NCBI GenBank assembly: GCA_038087875.1
Contig: CM075991.1
Span: 5,518,001 to 5,582,000, forward strand
DNA from: Malacoraja senta
Taxonomy: Eukaryota
Reading direction: 5' to 3'
Length of the DNA: 64,000 nucleotides
The notes under the pieces were generated by a model. That model had not been told where the DNA came from, did not search any database, and worked only from the letters and a program-made list of their open reading frames with translations. Each line of letters starts with the position of its first letter. The stretch's first letter is position 1. Made by a program: the position numbers and the translations under genes. Shown here one piece after another: positions 37,363-51,200 of the stretch.

Positions 37363-38300
37363 CTTTATTGATCCCCTCAGGGAAATTCAGATGACCAGAA
37401 GCCAACAACCAACAAGCCAACACTGTCAGAACGAAAGCAGACAAAAAACACATAAAATAAAATATGGACAATACATGAAATAAATAAATACTTTAAAAGA
37501 CCCAATAAATAACTTAAAAATGCAAAGCATCCCCATGCAGCCTAGTATTATAAAATCTAATGGCTACAGGGGTGAAGGATCTCCTGAACCGCTCCGTTCT
37601 ACAGCGCAGGGAGAGGAGCCGGTTGTTGTTCCGTGTGCTCCTTTGACCCTCCAAAATTTCATGGAGGGGATGCCCGGAGTTGTTGAGGATGACCTGCACC
37701 TTGCTCCTCTTACGCCTCTCAAGCACATCCACCACAGAGTCCACTCTCCCCCCACAGCACTGAGCTAGCTCGTTTTACCAGCTTGTCCAACTTCTTGCTG
37801 TTTTTAGGAGTGATGTTGTTACCCCGGCAGACAACAGCATAGAACATGACACTTGCAACCACAGTATGGTAAAAGAAGTACAGCATTTCATTGCGCTCAT
37901 TGAAGGATCTAAGCCTTCTGAGGACAAAGAGTCTGCTCTGTCCTTTTTTGTAGAGGGCATCAGTGTTGACAGACCAGTCCAGTTTGTTATCAAGGTGCAC
38001 TCCCAGATATTTATATGTAGGCACCACCTCAATGTCCACTCCTGCAGTGTTAACCGACTGAAGCTGGAGCTTGGACCTGCCAAAGTTAACAACCATCTCT
38101 TTAGTCTTGGTTGTTTTCAGGATGAGACAGTTCTCTTTACTCCAGACACAGAAAGCACTGGTCAAGTCCCTGTGTTCCTCCTCATGTCCGTTCCTTACAC
38201 ATGCCACAATCGCTGTGACATTTCTGTATGTGGCATGCGTCAGACTTATATTTGAAGTCTGCAGTATACAGGGTGAAGAGGAATGGGGCCAAAACCATTC
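37306..38300 (-). mobile_element. Rex1-type LINE 3' part with (TAT)n tail
   Basis: KTKEMVVNF...YKYLGVHLDNKLDWSVNT...KKGQSRLFVLRRLRSF; (AAT)n at 37306-37358 on plus. Confidence 0.88.
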
Positions 38301-39259
38301 CGAATAGATAGGGTAGGGAGTCGCACCTTTCCCCCAGGGTGGAAATGTCCAACACTAGAGGGCATAGCTATGAGGTGAGAGGGGGAATGTTTAATGGAGT
38401 TGTGCAATATGCTGCCTTTTTAAATTCTTTCAGTCAAATTATATGGGCAATGTGGGCAAATGTGAGATTTTGCCAAATATTTGCCCGCTATCCTTAATTT
38501 CGAAGACTCTTTGTGTCCTCTTCACAATTTGCAACTTGGATTATCATGTTACTCACTCATTTTTCACTTTTATGTTCTTTTCCTTTGTCTCATTCCGTTG
38601 TTTTTTTATCTTAATCTATTTTAATGCAGGCAATAGGTAACTGAGACCAATGTGACAGTGGTTTACGTTTTTTAAGTGTGTCATTGTCATCAGGAAAGGT
38701 CTCAAATTGGCACCTGCATAGGGCCCTCCACAAGCAAAATGCACCCATTGCCCCAAGTTAACAAAATAATTCACAAATATTGCATTTTTCAAAAGGAAGA
38801 ACTGTGATTTTACTGAGAAATATGCTGTCTCCTGGGAAGGAATCGTGTAAATCACGTATCCATGGAAACAAGGCAGTTGAGAAGAGATCTTTAAAGGCAT
38901 TAAATAGTTTGGCAGAGTGTATCAACCTACCTTCGAATTAGGCAATAATGAATACAACGGCGCGACTGTAACCCACTCAGGATCACAGTGGAATAATGCT
39001 AAATTAATTCAGGAGATAAACCTTTTTAAATAAATAACAGCACAACCTAAGATTTCATTGTCTCATTAAGATCAATTTTTAGAGAATTCCTCAAAAGATT
39101 AGGAATATCTAATAAGGATTTTCAACAGGCTGTAATTAGACTTGGAAAGGATTGGTGGAATTTTTTTAATAAAAATTGGTAATAAAACAAGAACACAGTA
39201 GGTTTAAGAGCATCTGAAGAATAACAGGAGATAGCCCTGCCACAAAAGTCCTGATCTAC

Positions 39260-40040
39260 CAGATGGCATTGATCCCTGGCCTCCTTTTGCAGTCGGAAAT
39301 GTGGACCACCTATACCATCTCAAAGCCATGGCAAGATCCTGCCAGCTCCTCCAAACTCAATGAAAGGATAATAGAACCAATGCCAGTGTCCTCTTCTGGG
39401 CCAACATCCCTAGCAATAAGGACCTGTACACATACAGGTGGCTACAGCAGGAGGCTATGTGGCTCATAGGTGTAGGAAGGAACTGCACATGCTGGTTTAT
39501 ACTGAAGATAGGCACAAAGTGCTGGAGTAACTCAGCGGGTCAGGTGGCATCTCTAGAGAAAAAGGATGGGTAATGTTTCGGGTCGGGACCCTTCTTTAGA
39601 CTCTGAAGAAATTCTGAAGATTCTGAAGAAAGGTTCCAACTCAAAACGTCACCTATTCTTTTTCTCCAGAGATGCTGCCTGACCCGCCGAGTTATTCCAG
39701 CACATTGTGTCTATCTTTGTGGCTCAGATGCCTGACAGAATACAGATCTCTGCAGTCTGGGGATGAGATGACCAGGTGAACAGAAGAAACAATTCAAATC
39801 CTCCTTGAAGGAATGCAACATCCCTGATAACTCCTGGGAGTCCTGGCTCATGACCAGTCGAGATGGAGAAGGAGCATTCGGGTTGGCATTGGGAAGCTTG
39901 AGCTAACAGAAGCCCTGCATAAGCAGAGAAAATCCCTCAGCTGCCCTGGCAGTCGCATGCGATTCCAACACACCAGCCACCTCAGAATCCACAAAACAGA
40001 GTGGAAGCAAGTCAGCCTTGATCAAGGGATTGCTTATGAA
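39260..40040 (+). mobile_element. Decayed RTE-like LINE 3' fragment, split by a Penelope fold-back (about 39470-39718)
   Basis: SEMWTTY and KSSLKECNIPDNSWES resemble the RTE/BovB ORF end; tgtggctca is repeated around the insert. Confidence 0.5.
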
Positions 40041-40570
40041 GAATGAAATTAATATAAATTTAGCAAGATTAAATGGAACGGGCGCATGTGAAGACTGTAA
40101 ACTAATTGGATAGTAGCAATTGATACAATTTGCTTTGAACCAAAATCGAAGGGCTGTATCTAAAGTCTAAAGTCTATCAGATTAAACATATCACATATCA
40201 GTATGAAATAATCGACTTATTAGAATAATAGAACAATGAAGAATACTGAACACAAACTCCACTTTTTGCACAGTGAAGCCAATTTTCCTGGAGAATAGAT
40301 CTGGACTTTCAGTACAATCAGGTAGTACTGTATGTACTAACTGTCACTGTATGTCATGTTGTCACTTGCGGGTGGAGCACCAAGGGAAATTCCTTGTATG
40401 TGAATACTTGGCCAATAAACTTATTCATAAACTTCAAACTTCATAAACTACCAGTATCAGGTAGTATCAGTTCAGAAGTTGAAGGCAAAATTGCAAATTG
40501 ATGTTTAATTTCACAAATTAAATTGTTTGCATTGCAGCATGTTGATAGTGTCATTTATTTCCAATATTAA

Positions 40571-41995
40571 GTAATAATAATAATAATACATTTTATTTAT
40601 ATAGCGCTTTTCAGGACTCAAAGTTGCTTTACATTGAGAGTCAAGAATAAACAATAAGACAGAGCTACAAAGGGGAGGGGAACATGGGACTCTGTCTTCC
40701 GTGTTTGCGGTCATCGGCGGTGAAGCGCGGCTTCGCCTGTAGAGTGGACCGCACGGCAACGGCGAGAGCGCTGAGCCTATCCACGGGAGCGCCGCACGGA
40801 TGCTGCGCGGGGGCCGAGTGATTAAAATACGGCTGGTCCCACGTGCTTGCGGTAAGTAAAAAAAAGGGCGGGCCGACTGCGATGACGTAGGCCCGACGCA
40901 CGTGACTCACCAGCGGCGGCTGTGGCGGCGGCCGTCCTGATCGCGGCGCTGTAGCGGTGGCTGTGCCTGCAGCCGTGCCGCACACGTGCCTCACTGGCGG
41001 AGGCTGTGGTAGTGCGAGTTTGACGCACGGCGCTCGAGCCACACTGGCGGCGGCCCGTGCGGGCGGCCGTGCCACACTCGTGCATCACTGGTGGAGGTTG
41101 TGCGGTAGGAAAATATTTTTCAACAGTGTAGGTTTTATTTTAGCACCGTGTGGTGTTGGGAACATCGCCGCACGGCCCCGGAATTGTGCGTTCTCACGAG
41201 TGCGCGGTCTATGGCGGCAGATTCTTCCCGTTTCGCCGCCAATGACCGCAGACTCGTGAGACAGGCCTTTAAGGGTATGCAGAGGTGAAGAGATGGGTCT
41301 TGAGGCGGGACTGAAAGATGGTGAGGGACTCAGAATTTCGGATCAGTTGTGGGAGGGAATTCCAGAGCCTGGGAGCTGCCCTGGAGAAGGCTCTGCCTCC
41401 AAACGTGCAGTGGGTTGATTTCGGAGTGGAGAGGAGACCAGCTGATGTGGATCTGAGGGACCGTGAGGGTTGGTAGGGGGAGAGGAGGTCAGTGAGATAA
41501 GGGGGGGCCAAGTGGTTGAGGGCTTTGTAGGTGAGGACCAGGATTTTGTAGATGATCCGGTGGGAAATGGGAAGCCAGTGGAGTTCTTTGAGAACTGGGG
41601 TGATGTGGTGCCAGGATTTGGTGTGGGTAATGAGTCGGGCGCCTGAATTCTGGACCAGTTGGAGTCGGTTGATGTTGGTGGAATTGATGCCAAAGAGAAG
41701 AGAGTTACAGTAGTCCAGTCGGGAGGAGATGAAGGCATGGATGAGTCTTTCAGCAGCGGGGGGTGTGAGAGAGGGTCTGATTTTGGCAATGTTGCGGAGG
41801 TGAAAAAATGATGTTTTGACAACATGGCGGATGTGAGGCTCAAGGGAGAGGGTTGAGTCAAAGATCACGCCAAGGTTGCGGGCCTGAGGAGATGGGGAGA
41901 CAGTGGTGCCGTCAATAGTGAGAGTGGGGCTGTTAATTTTAGTGAGTGTTGATTTGGAGCCAATGAGGAGAAATTCTGTTTTGCTACTGTTTAAT
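40571..41995 (-). mobile_element. L2 LINE 3' part, interrupted at its stop codon by a DNA transposon
   Basis: ORF 41269-41868 FFHLRNIAKIRP...LIHAFISSRLDYCNSL...HITPVLKELHWLP...GGRAFSRAAPRLWNSLP; tail gaaaagcgctatataaataaaatg(tat)n. Confidence 0.9.
40690..41267. mobile_element. Second copy of the GC-rich Harbinger-like element, family B
   Basis: Colinear with 5013-5594; right TIR intact, left TIR truncated. Confidence 0.8.
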
Positions 41996-44289
41996 TTAAT
42001 TTAATTTAATTTAAGTACTCTCATTGTTATTACCAATAACACAGGAAAAGTTGCACTGTGATCAATAATTCACTGCGCATGTCGGGAACAGGACAGGGAG
42101 GAACTGTGATTGTCTTTTTACCTCATCAAGTGACTGGCCAGCAGCAGTTCAAGCCACTTGGTGCTCAATCAGGCAGTGCAAATGCAACCAGTAGATGTCA
42201 ATCTAGAGACTGTAGCAATATTTTGGAAGAGACAGCAGGACACAGGTGCCATTGAACACCCAGATTTCCAGATACAAAAGGGATTAGTTAATCAGGTAGA
42301 AATAAGGAGCGAGCACAGTAGATTCCGACTCCTCTAATCCCATCTATCGCCTGATTCCTTCTATATCACCATTAAATTATTTTTGTTGACTTTAGAAGAT
42401 TGTTATTGAGGCATCAACCTTATTTCCAAAAGAACCCTCTGCTTCAGCCATCATTAAGAGAACAAAAAGCAGAAAGAGGAAAATATGGCTTCTCTTAAAA
42501 AATTATGGCTTGCCTGTGTTGACAAGAACTGGTAAATGGTTGTACTGGGCTGTACTGCAATTTGCCTCTGCTATATGCATCACACGGAAATAACTTTAAT
42601 GGAGTATACAATTAAATATAGCATATCAATTAAATATACATTGATATACAATGCTGATTATCAATGAAGTATTTCACTCATTGGTAATTCCACAAGAACC
42701 AATGCAACATGTTCCTTCGTGTTTAAAAAACAGTGTTGCTTTATATGGATCTTCCTCTAGATCACAAAGAATAACAGGCTTCAAAGGTTCTCTGTTATTT
42801 TTGATGTTACACCCAGTAGACACTGCCCCTAGTTACCGAGCATTTCCTTCTTTAAACAAAGCAATTTATTTATGTGGGGAGCCATATATTACTCATTAAA
42901 ACAAAGAAGGGCAATCTTGCCTCTTGTTAATAGCTGTCTGGGCATTCTGAACCTGAAGCAGCCAGTGCGTTTCTTCACTGCCTAGGCTACATGGCACATC
43001 AATGGTGTGGGCACCCTGTGTCAAGCCCAGCTAATTGCAGACATGTAGATAAAACAAAGTTCACGTGGCAAATGTGCTCAGATTCGCCACAAAGCAAACA
43101 GTTTTGAGAAACTTCCCAGGATGAAATGTTCATATTAACTGACTCCACTATGCCACTCTACATAAAACCAAAGGCAAGGAAGTTTGTACCTTTGTGACAA
43201 CTCTACACAGTTACAAGTTTACTATTTTTCTATCTTGCCTCTATCTTTGCTGACAGTCTGACAAATCTAACAAGTGAAGAACTTTGTCCTCGATCATTTT
43301 CAGATTCATTTGCCAATAGATCAGTGAAGGGAGTGAATTATCATCTCCACATCAAAAACATTGTCCATTGTTTAAGATGGACATCACCATGTCGAATGGG
43401 ATAGGTTCAGAATGGAACTAGTGGAGTTCCTGTGGGCCAACAGTTACAGGAATATATTTGGTCACAAACCTTTATTCCATGCTGTAATCCTATATAGCAC
43501 ACATTACCCTCAGGCCAAGGTGCAAAACCTAATTAGCCAGAGGGCAGAAGACCATCAGTACCAGTGGACTAAAAATCAAGCCGCCAATAAATCTAAGCCT
43601 TGTCAGCAATGTTCACATGGTGTGAATGAATTATATTGTACACAATTTCTCTTCAGCGCACAGGACCCAAAGCAAACAAGAGGAAAATGCCGAGCTGCTT
43701 GAAGAAGATAAATGTGACGCTTTAAAATAGCCAGTGGAAAAACTTAGTTCATTGGCAACACTTTGTCTTTGCCACTAATACTGGAGCCTCTGACATTGTT
43801 TGAAAGAGGAAGGAAGTGAAGCACTTTTATTTTTAAAATAACAAAATATCAAGAGAAAAGAATATAGGGAGACAATATGAAGGACATTGGATTGCAACTA
43901 AAAAGCCTCATACAATATTTTAATAAGTAACTGCACTTGTTAAACCTGGCCTTAATTTAAACTTTGCTGTTCTTTCAGTGGCACTTATTTAAATCATTTT
44001 TAGGCTGAGCCGTGTGCAGCTACAAGAATTGATACCGGAGTTCATGATCTGTATCAAAGATTTGGATAAGGGACTCATCCATAATGTGTAATATATCTAA
44101 GGGAAATAGGAGATCATCCACTTTAATGGAAAAAGTAGAAAGGATATTTTTTTTAAATGGTAAGAGATTGACAACTGTTGTTCTTCAGTGGGATCTGGTT
44201 CTCCTTGGGCAAAAATCACTTTGTTAACATTCGGAGAGAGGAAGTAATTAGAAGGCAAGCAGTATTTTGACCTATATTGCAAGAGCCTA

Positions 44290-44630
44290 GGCACAGTGGC
44301 ACAGCAAGTAGCACTGGTGCCTCACAGCGCCAGAGATTTTGTTTAAATCTGACCTCCTGTGCTGCCCGTACAGAGCTTGTACTCTGTGACCTTGTGGGTG
44401 TCCTCCATGAACTCTAGTTTACTTCTGCAATTTAAAGACATGAAGATTGGTAGATTATTTGACTACCATAAATTGCCCCTAGCATGTAGAGGAGTGGTAG
44501 AATCTGATGGGAATGGGGGGGGGGAGAATAAAATGGGGTTATTATAGGATTAGTAGGTAGTTGTTAGTTAGTGTGGATTCAGTTGGCCAAAAGGCCTTTA
44601 TTGGAGTTGTCTCTGTCTCTCTCTATGATT
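44290..44630 (+). mobile_element. Diverged tRNA-derived SINE
   Basis: ggcacagtggcacagcaagtagcactggtgcctcacagcgccagag head plus core remnants. Confidence 0.65.
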
Positions 44631-44710
44631 CTTTTGAATGCAAACATCAGACTTATTTTTGTAATTACATAGAGCTCTGGGGAGACCATACCTAGAACAT
44701 TATGTACAGA

Positions 44711-44914
44711 CACAAAGTGCTGGAGTAACTCAACGAGTCAGGCAGCATCTCTGGTGGAAAGGAATAAGTGATGTTTCATGTTGAGACCCTTCTTCAGACT
44801 CGACCAGAAAAGTCACCTATTGCATTTCTGCAGAAATGCTGCCCGAATCACTGAGTTACTCCAGCATTTTGTGTCTATCATAGGTGTAAACCAGCATCTG
44901 CAGTTCCTTCCTAC
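44711..44914. mobile_element. Penelope fold-back inserted in an old plus-strand CR1 fragment
   Basis: 14-bp direct repeat acattatgtacaga on both sides. Confidence 0.75.
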
Positions 44915-47900
44915 ACATTATGTACAGATTTTGTTCTCCCTAATTTAATAAAGATGTACTTGGATTAGAGAGATTGTAACAAAGTTTCACCATATTAATT
45001 TCTGGATGGCAGGATTGTGGTATAATGAGAAATGAATCAGTTTAGAAGAATGAGACGGGATCGCATTGAAACCTACAATGTCTTAAACCAAGTTAAATAT
45101 TGGGATAATGCTTCCCCTTGATGAGTTGCCTAGAACAAGGCATCACCATGTTTGTGGATGCCCATTTTGCATTAAGAAGAATCTTCTTCACCAGAAGAAT
45201 TTGCAACTCTTTGCATTTCTCTTGGTTATTGAACAGCAGGTGAGAATAGTTAGGGCAGAGATTGATACATTTTACAGATATATTAAGGGAATTGGGGGAT
45301 ACGATGCATGTGCAAGAGACTTATTGAATGGCAGAACAAACATGTGGGGCTGAATGGCTGACTCCTTCAATTTCGTATGTCTTCATGCTCTTACATAAGC
45401 GGTGACAAGCAATAACTTGAGGTTTGAGGATCAGTAAATGATTGACTAAATCCAAAGTTAAACAAAAAATGATAAACACATTTAGAGATAATTTGTGCAA
45501 AAGAATTGAATGCCTTCTCATGAATATTTAAAATCTAATTACCAAGGGAAAGACAGTGTTCATACCTCAGATGGAAGACGTTGTGAACAAATTATACTAT
45601 AGTCCATGAGTGCAACAAAAACTGGGTTCTACTAGAATAGAAACCAGCATTGTACAATTGTATTTTTAAATAGATGTTCACTTGTGACAGAACTTGAATA
45701 ACTGGTGACACTAGGGCTTTTCTGGTGATACATTTACTTACACAATCTTTAGGGCTATGCGTCTGTTATAAAAACACAAACTACATTTTAGTTTTGAAAA
45801 TTAATCATCATAGGCTAGGTTTTCCACATACTTGTATCCATTGTGTCCTTTTTCCAACTTTTTGCGATTAGTTTCATTTATTACTAGTTATTCCAAATGA
45901 TTCTAATTATTTTTATGCTGTGTTTTGTGCTTGCTTTCTGTCCTATTTACCTGGCCTTGACTACTGGACAGTTGACACAGTGGCCTTTCAGCATGCTAAC
46001 ATGTTGAAGGACTTGGTTATGCAGTTATTGGTTAAGCAGATACACTGCTTGTTATATTTCAAAACTCCATCCATTTTAGAACAGTCCTTACTGATGGAAG
46101 GTAGCAAATGTAACCTCACTATTGAAGAAAGGAAGGAGAGAGAATACAGGAAACTATGGACAGTTAGCCTGATGTCAGTAGTAAGGAAAATGTTGATCTG
46201 AAATGCTGACTTTGTTTCTCTTCCCACAGATGCAGACTGGCCTGCTAAATATTCGCCTTTTATAGAACCCAGAACATAAAATAATACAGTACAGGAGCAG
46301 ACCTTTCGGAACCACAATGTCTGGACCGGACATAATGCCAAGTTAAACTAATCTCATCTGCCTGCATGTGATCCATATCCCTCTGTTCCCTACATATCCA
46401 TGTGCCTATCCAAAAGCATCTTAAATGCCATCATTGTATCTGCCTCCACCCCCCCCCCCCCCCCCACTGCAGTACGTTCCACATACCCACCACTCACTGT
46501 GTAAAGAAGCTTGCCCCACACAACTCCTTTAAGCTTTCCCCTTCACATCTTAAAGTTTCACCTCTTAAAGAATGCCCTATTAAACAAGTGGTAATAGGGC
46601 ATTCAGAGTAATTGCTGGTATAAATGTAGATCTATGAAATGGAAATCACAGTTGACAAATGTGATTGAGATTTGCAGATTATAAGCATCAGAATAGTTAA
46701 GGATGAATTAGACTTTCATAGGTCTTTGGTACAATTAGGGTGCGCAAATGTTGTGTATTAGTGCAATTAATGATTGGAAATCGATTAATGAATAGGAAGT
46801 AGAGAGTGGTAATAAATGTATCATTTTTCTGGTAGTGACAAGTAGCTTGTGCAGGGATCAAAACTGTCACCCCAAGTGGTCATAATTTATTTCAATTCTT
46901 TGGGTGGAGGCGGGGGTGGGAGGTTTGCTCAAGCTATAGATCTGGGTGGCGGTATGTGTTATCAAGAGGATGTACAGAGACTTCAGCTGATATAGAAGGT
47001 TAGATGGACAATCAAAGAAATGATAGATATAATATAATGTGACAAAATATGAGGTCACGAGATAAAGAGCAATTATTTAATGGTGAGAGAGTGAAAGGTC
47101 ATGGATACCTGGGCTTCTTTGGACAAGCATACTGCTATCCTGTAGGTACTGGAGGCAATTATGAAACCAGGTTGTATGTTGGTCATTATTGGAAAAAGTT
47201 CTGAGCACGAGTAAAATATTTCAGTCCAATTATATACAGACCTGCTGAGATATGCATCAGGAATACTGTGTACATGTTTGATCATCTCATCTGAGGAAGG
47301 ATATACTAGTGATGTGGGGAGTGTAATGAAGGTTCGTCGTATTAACTTTCAAGATGACAGGTTTCTCAAATGTGGAGTGATTAAGTAGACTGAGCTCTTA
47401 GGTTTACAAGAATAATGCACGAAGTGCAAATGCACAGTGAATTTTTTTTCTTACAAAGTCCAGCAGAGTATTGCCATACGCAAGCACATCCCCGATTAGC
47501 AAATCCTACAGAAATAGTCTACTGATCCCGCATGCAAGAGGCACCATGTTCTGGCGTCTTTTTCAAAGTCTAGTCTGCGCTCTAGTTCTTATGAACAGCA
47601 CCTTTTCCAGGCTATCCCAGGCTGCTGTGAGCCTTCAGCCGTTGACTTCCCCTGGATGTGTGGATCTACCATGAACCCATGTCCACTTCTCGCCCGTCCT
47701 TTTTTGTCCCGGGGGACGGCACCCGTAGCTGATCTTGAGGGGGCAGTAGGCCAGACCTTGACAATAGACAATAGACCCTGGATCCCTCTCTTCTCCTACT
47801 GACCTTGCTCCTCGCCAGTCGAGTCCGTCATCATCCCAGGCTTCATCATCCTGGTCTCTGGACTTTGGGGGATGAGCAGGGGCCGGCTCAGAGGGCTCCC

Positions 47901-50284
47901 CCTTCCAGACCGGCGTCCTCTGGTAGCTTCAGCTATGTGCGACCCTCTGATCCACCGCCTTGATTTCAAGGGTAGTTACTTATAGCTCATCTTCGGAATT
48001 CGGTTCTTTGTTCCATGCTCAGAGTCAAGTGGTCCTGGCAATAACTAAACTGTGCTTTGGTAAGGAGTGTGCAGCTTGATAGTACTGTGGATGCCTATCC
48101 CCCCCCCCTCGCACCCCCCCTCCCCCACTATTGTCTCATACATCATATGCACCTTCTCCATTAATGAATTGGGATGAGGCAGAACGTTATTAGGCTTACA
48201 CAGCAGGGAAGCAAATGGCTTTGTAATAAATGTAGATAATCATAGTTTATGGAAGTGCAATGGAAAATGGTGGAATCAACTGAATGGGCATGCAAATTAT
48301 GTGTGTGGTTCCTGGATGGGAAGCAGTAGCAAAAAGGGATTAGGGACTGGGAAGCATTAAAATAAATCCAGAGTGGAGTAAAGGCATTCTGGATAAAGCA
48401 GCTTTCGCCTCACACAAACATAATTGTGGGAGAATCTCAGCAGCAGAGGTGACAGTTGAGGGGAAACCTGTGGACACCCAGTAGATGTCATAAAGTTACT
48501 TTAAAAATGCAGACTAGAGATTTAAAGGTTGCAGTAAATCCTCTCATGGCCCAAATCATTTTGCATCCTGTGGCAACACACATATACATTCACAAATCTG
48601 GCCTGTTCGACTTGTTTAACAGTCTGTAATCTCTTGTTCTTATGGATTGATGAATCACGGAAAAGAACAAAAGATTACAGGCTGCCGAACAAGAATAAAG
48701 GAACATGTATCCCAAAGGTGGCTGCTGTGATAGATCTAATCAGCCGCAACCAGGGCTCAACAACAGTGTACGGAATTCCAGATAGCTTACATAGGTTTTA
48801 ATCTGTTCTGATGAGAAAAGATGATCAGTATAAATGCAGCTTTGCCTTTTGGGATGGCAGTACATCTGGACATGCCTGCCACAAGGTTTCCATAATACCG
48901 CAGCCAATCTATATTCCATCAGCAAATGGCTAATTGCTCAGAAGGATTTTCCAGCAGGGACAAAGTGATTCATTATGTGGATGGTTTGTTACTATTTACA
49001 GACTATGCTGAGGAACATATGGTGTTGCTACTGAAGTTATTGTGGCTCCTAACATGGTGTGAGCTAAAAGTAAACTTTAAAAATGCTCAGATAGGGCAAA
49101 GTACAGTTTTAGGGACTCATATTGAACTCAGAAAAGAGTTCATAAATTATAAAGCAGAATTAGGCCATTTGGCTCATCATGTCTACTCTGCCATTAGATC
49201 ATGGCCGATCTATCTTTCCCTCCCAACCCCATTCTCCTGTCTTCTCCCCTGAACTCCTGACACCCATAATAATCAAGGGGAAGCAAGAGGAGTATGGGTA
49301 AGGCAATGAGTGAAGCAGTGCAGCAACAATACCAATGCCTGGAGATCATTTAAGGCTTACAGTATATTTCCATTGCGTTTCATCACAGGTCCTGATCTCT
49401 CCACCATTGATGGGATCTACAGGAAGTTTTGCCTCAAGAAGGAAGCTACTATCATCAAAGATACATCACCCTGGCCACACTCTCTTATTGCTGCTACCAG
49501 CAGAAAGGAGGTTCAGGAGCCTCAGAACCGTTAACTCCAAGATCAAGAACAGTTTCCTCCTGTCTGCCAGCAGATTCTTGAACCACCCTGCACAACCTTG
49601 ACTAGGAACCATATCTCAGCACCCATCTGCAGCAGACATTGTACTACAATAGTTGCTTTACATACCTTGGGTTTTGAACTATTATGATCTAGTTTTTCCT
49701 TTACAATAACTAATAATGTTGCATATTTACTTTTGTTGTTGTTGGAAAGAAAAACTTGTTGTTGTAGCTGCAGCAAGAAAGAATTTCATTGTTCATGACT
49801 AGTGTATATGACAATCTCTTGACTCGTGTATATATAGACCATTGTATATGCTACATGGAAGGCTGATTTTGTGTCCATCTTCAGTATAAACCAGCATCTT
49901 CTTACACAGTAGGTATGGGTACATAGGGGCATCAAATAAATGTACAGCAGAAGGGGCCTGGGAAATAAAAGGAAAGTCATTTACTTGCCGTTGAGATAGA
50001 TCTGTGTGGATGGATCCAGGTATGTGAAAAAAGGGAGAAAGAGAGGAATGTGAAATTTGGAATTTCTGTAATAAAGTTACAGTGGCACTAAAATTACCAA
50101 GTCATCTGAGTGCACAGCAGGCAGAGTTGGCTGCTATTGCAGATGAAATGACTCACCCGACTGAGTTCCCGCCTCCATATACTATCTGTTCAGATTCTAT
50201 GTTTGTCTGCAATTCACTGACAGACTTTTGGGTTGTTTGAAAGAAGATTTAAATCAGTAGCCGAGAAGCCGCTTTGAGGCACAA

Positions 50285-50575
50285 GGGCACAAAGTGGCAC
50301 AGCTGGAAGAACTGCTGCCACACAGCACCAGTGACCTGGCTTCAATTCTTAGCTCTATGTGGACCTGTCAGCTCATTCTCGCTGTGACTGTGTGGGATCC
50401 GTACAGGTGCTCCGGTTTCCTCCCACATCCTGAAGAGTGAGGATTACTAGGTTATTTATCAACCAGTATGCAAGTGAGTCATAGAATCAGGGCCAGGAGG
50501 GAATTGAGAGGAACAAGGAGATAATAATATGGACTCAATGGACTAAAGGGCCTGTTTCCATACTGCATGACTCTG
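50285..50575 (+). mobile_element. Diverged tRNA-derived SINE inserted in the retroviral RNase H region
   Basis: SINE head, core ggtgctccggtttcctcccacatcc, tail aagggcctgtttcc. Confidence 0.7.
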
Positions 50576-50982
50576 TAGCTTTAGGAAGATATTGGGAAGT
50601 AGAGAGATTGGCAAAGAAGATGGTATTGAGGAGCTGTTTTGGGATTAATAACAACATTGGCAACAGTTGGGTCAGTGAGAGAAATAAATCTCATCAACTT
50701 GCAAAAGACATATTTGGTCATTCAGGAAGTGTTAGACAAACAGATCAAATGTGAAATCATTGAGGGACCCCATCAAATATCTGAAGATAGTATAAAAGAA
50801 GGGTTATTTATGGATGATAAATGACACGCACCCTCACTCCTGGGGGAGAATTTCATGTGACTGGTACATAGTGGAATGGGGAAAGGGATGTGTGGCACAG
50901 AGAAATTGGGGAAAATAATCAATGAATGAATGGAGTGGAAGATATTTGTTGCAATTGCTTAATCAGTGCACTTTGTAATTGA

Positions 50983-51200
50983 AGGGCCTGTCCCATTTGG
51001 GTGTCACGCAGGTGACACGCGAAGATTTTGTGAATCCCCAAATCCTGGGGCGCCGTGCGTGACCGTGCGTCACTGCCTACGCCACCGCGCCTCACCACGC
51101 ATCATGCACGCGTAATGCACGACACGCGCGTCTTGCGTTGTGACGCATAAATGATGTAGCGTAAATGACGCGCAAATGACAGCCACGTGGGACAGGCCCT
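50983..51200. mobile_element. PIF/Harbinger-like MITE, family A, inverted relative to 680-900
   Basis: TIRs agggcctgtccca / tgggacaggccct; flanks tga/tca; sits in the integrase region. Confidence 0.8.
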
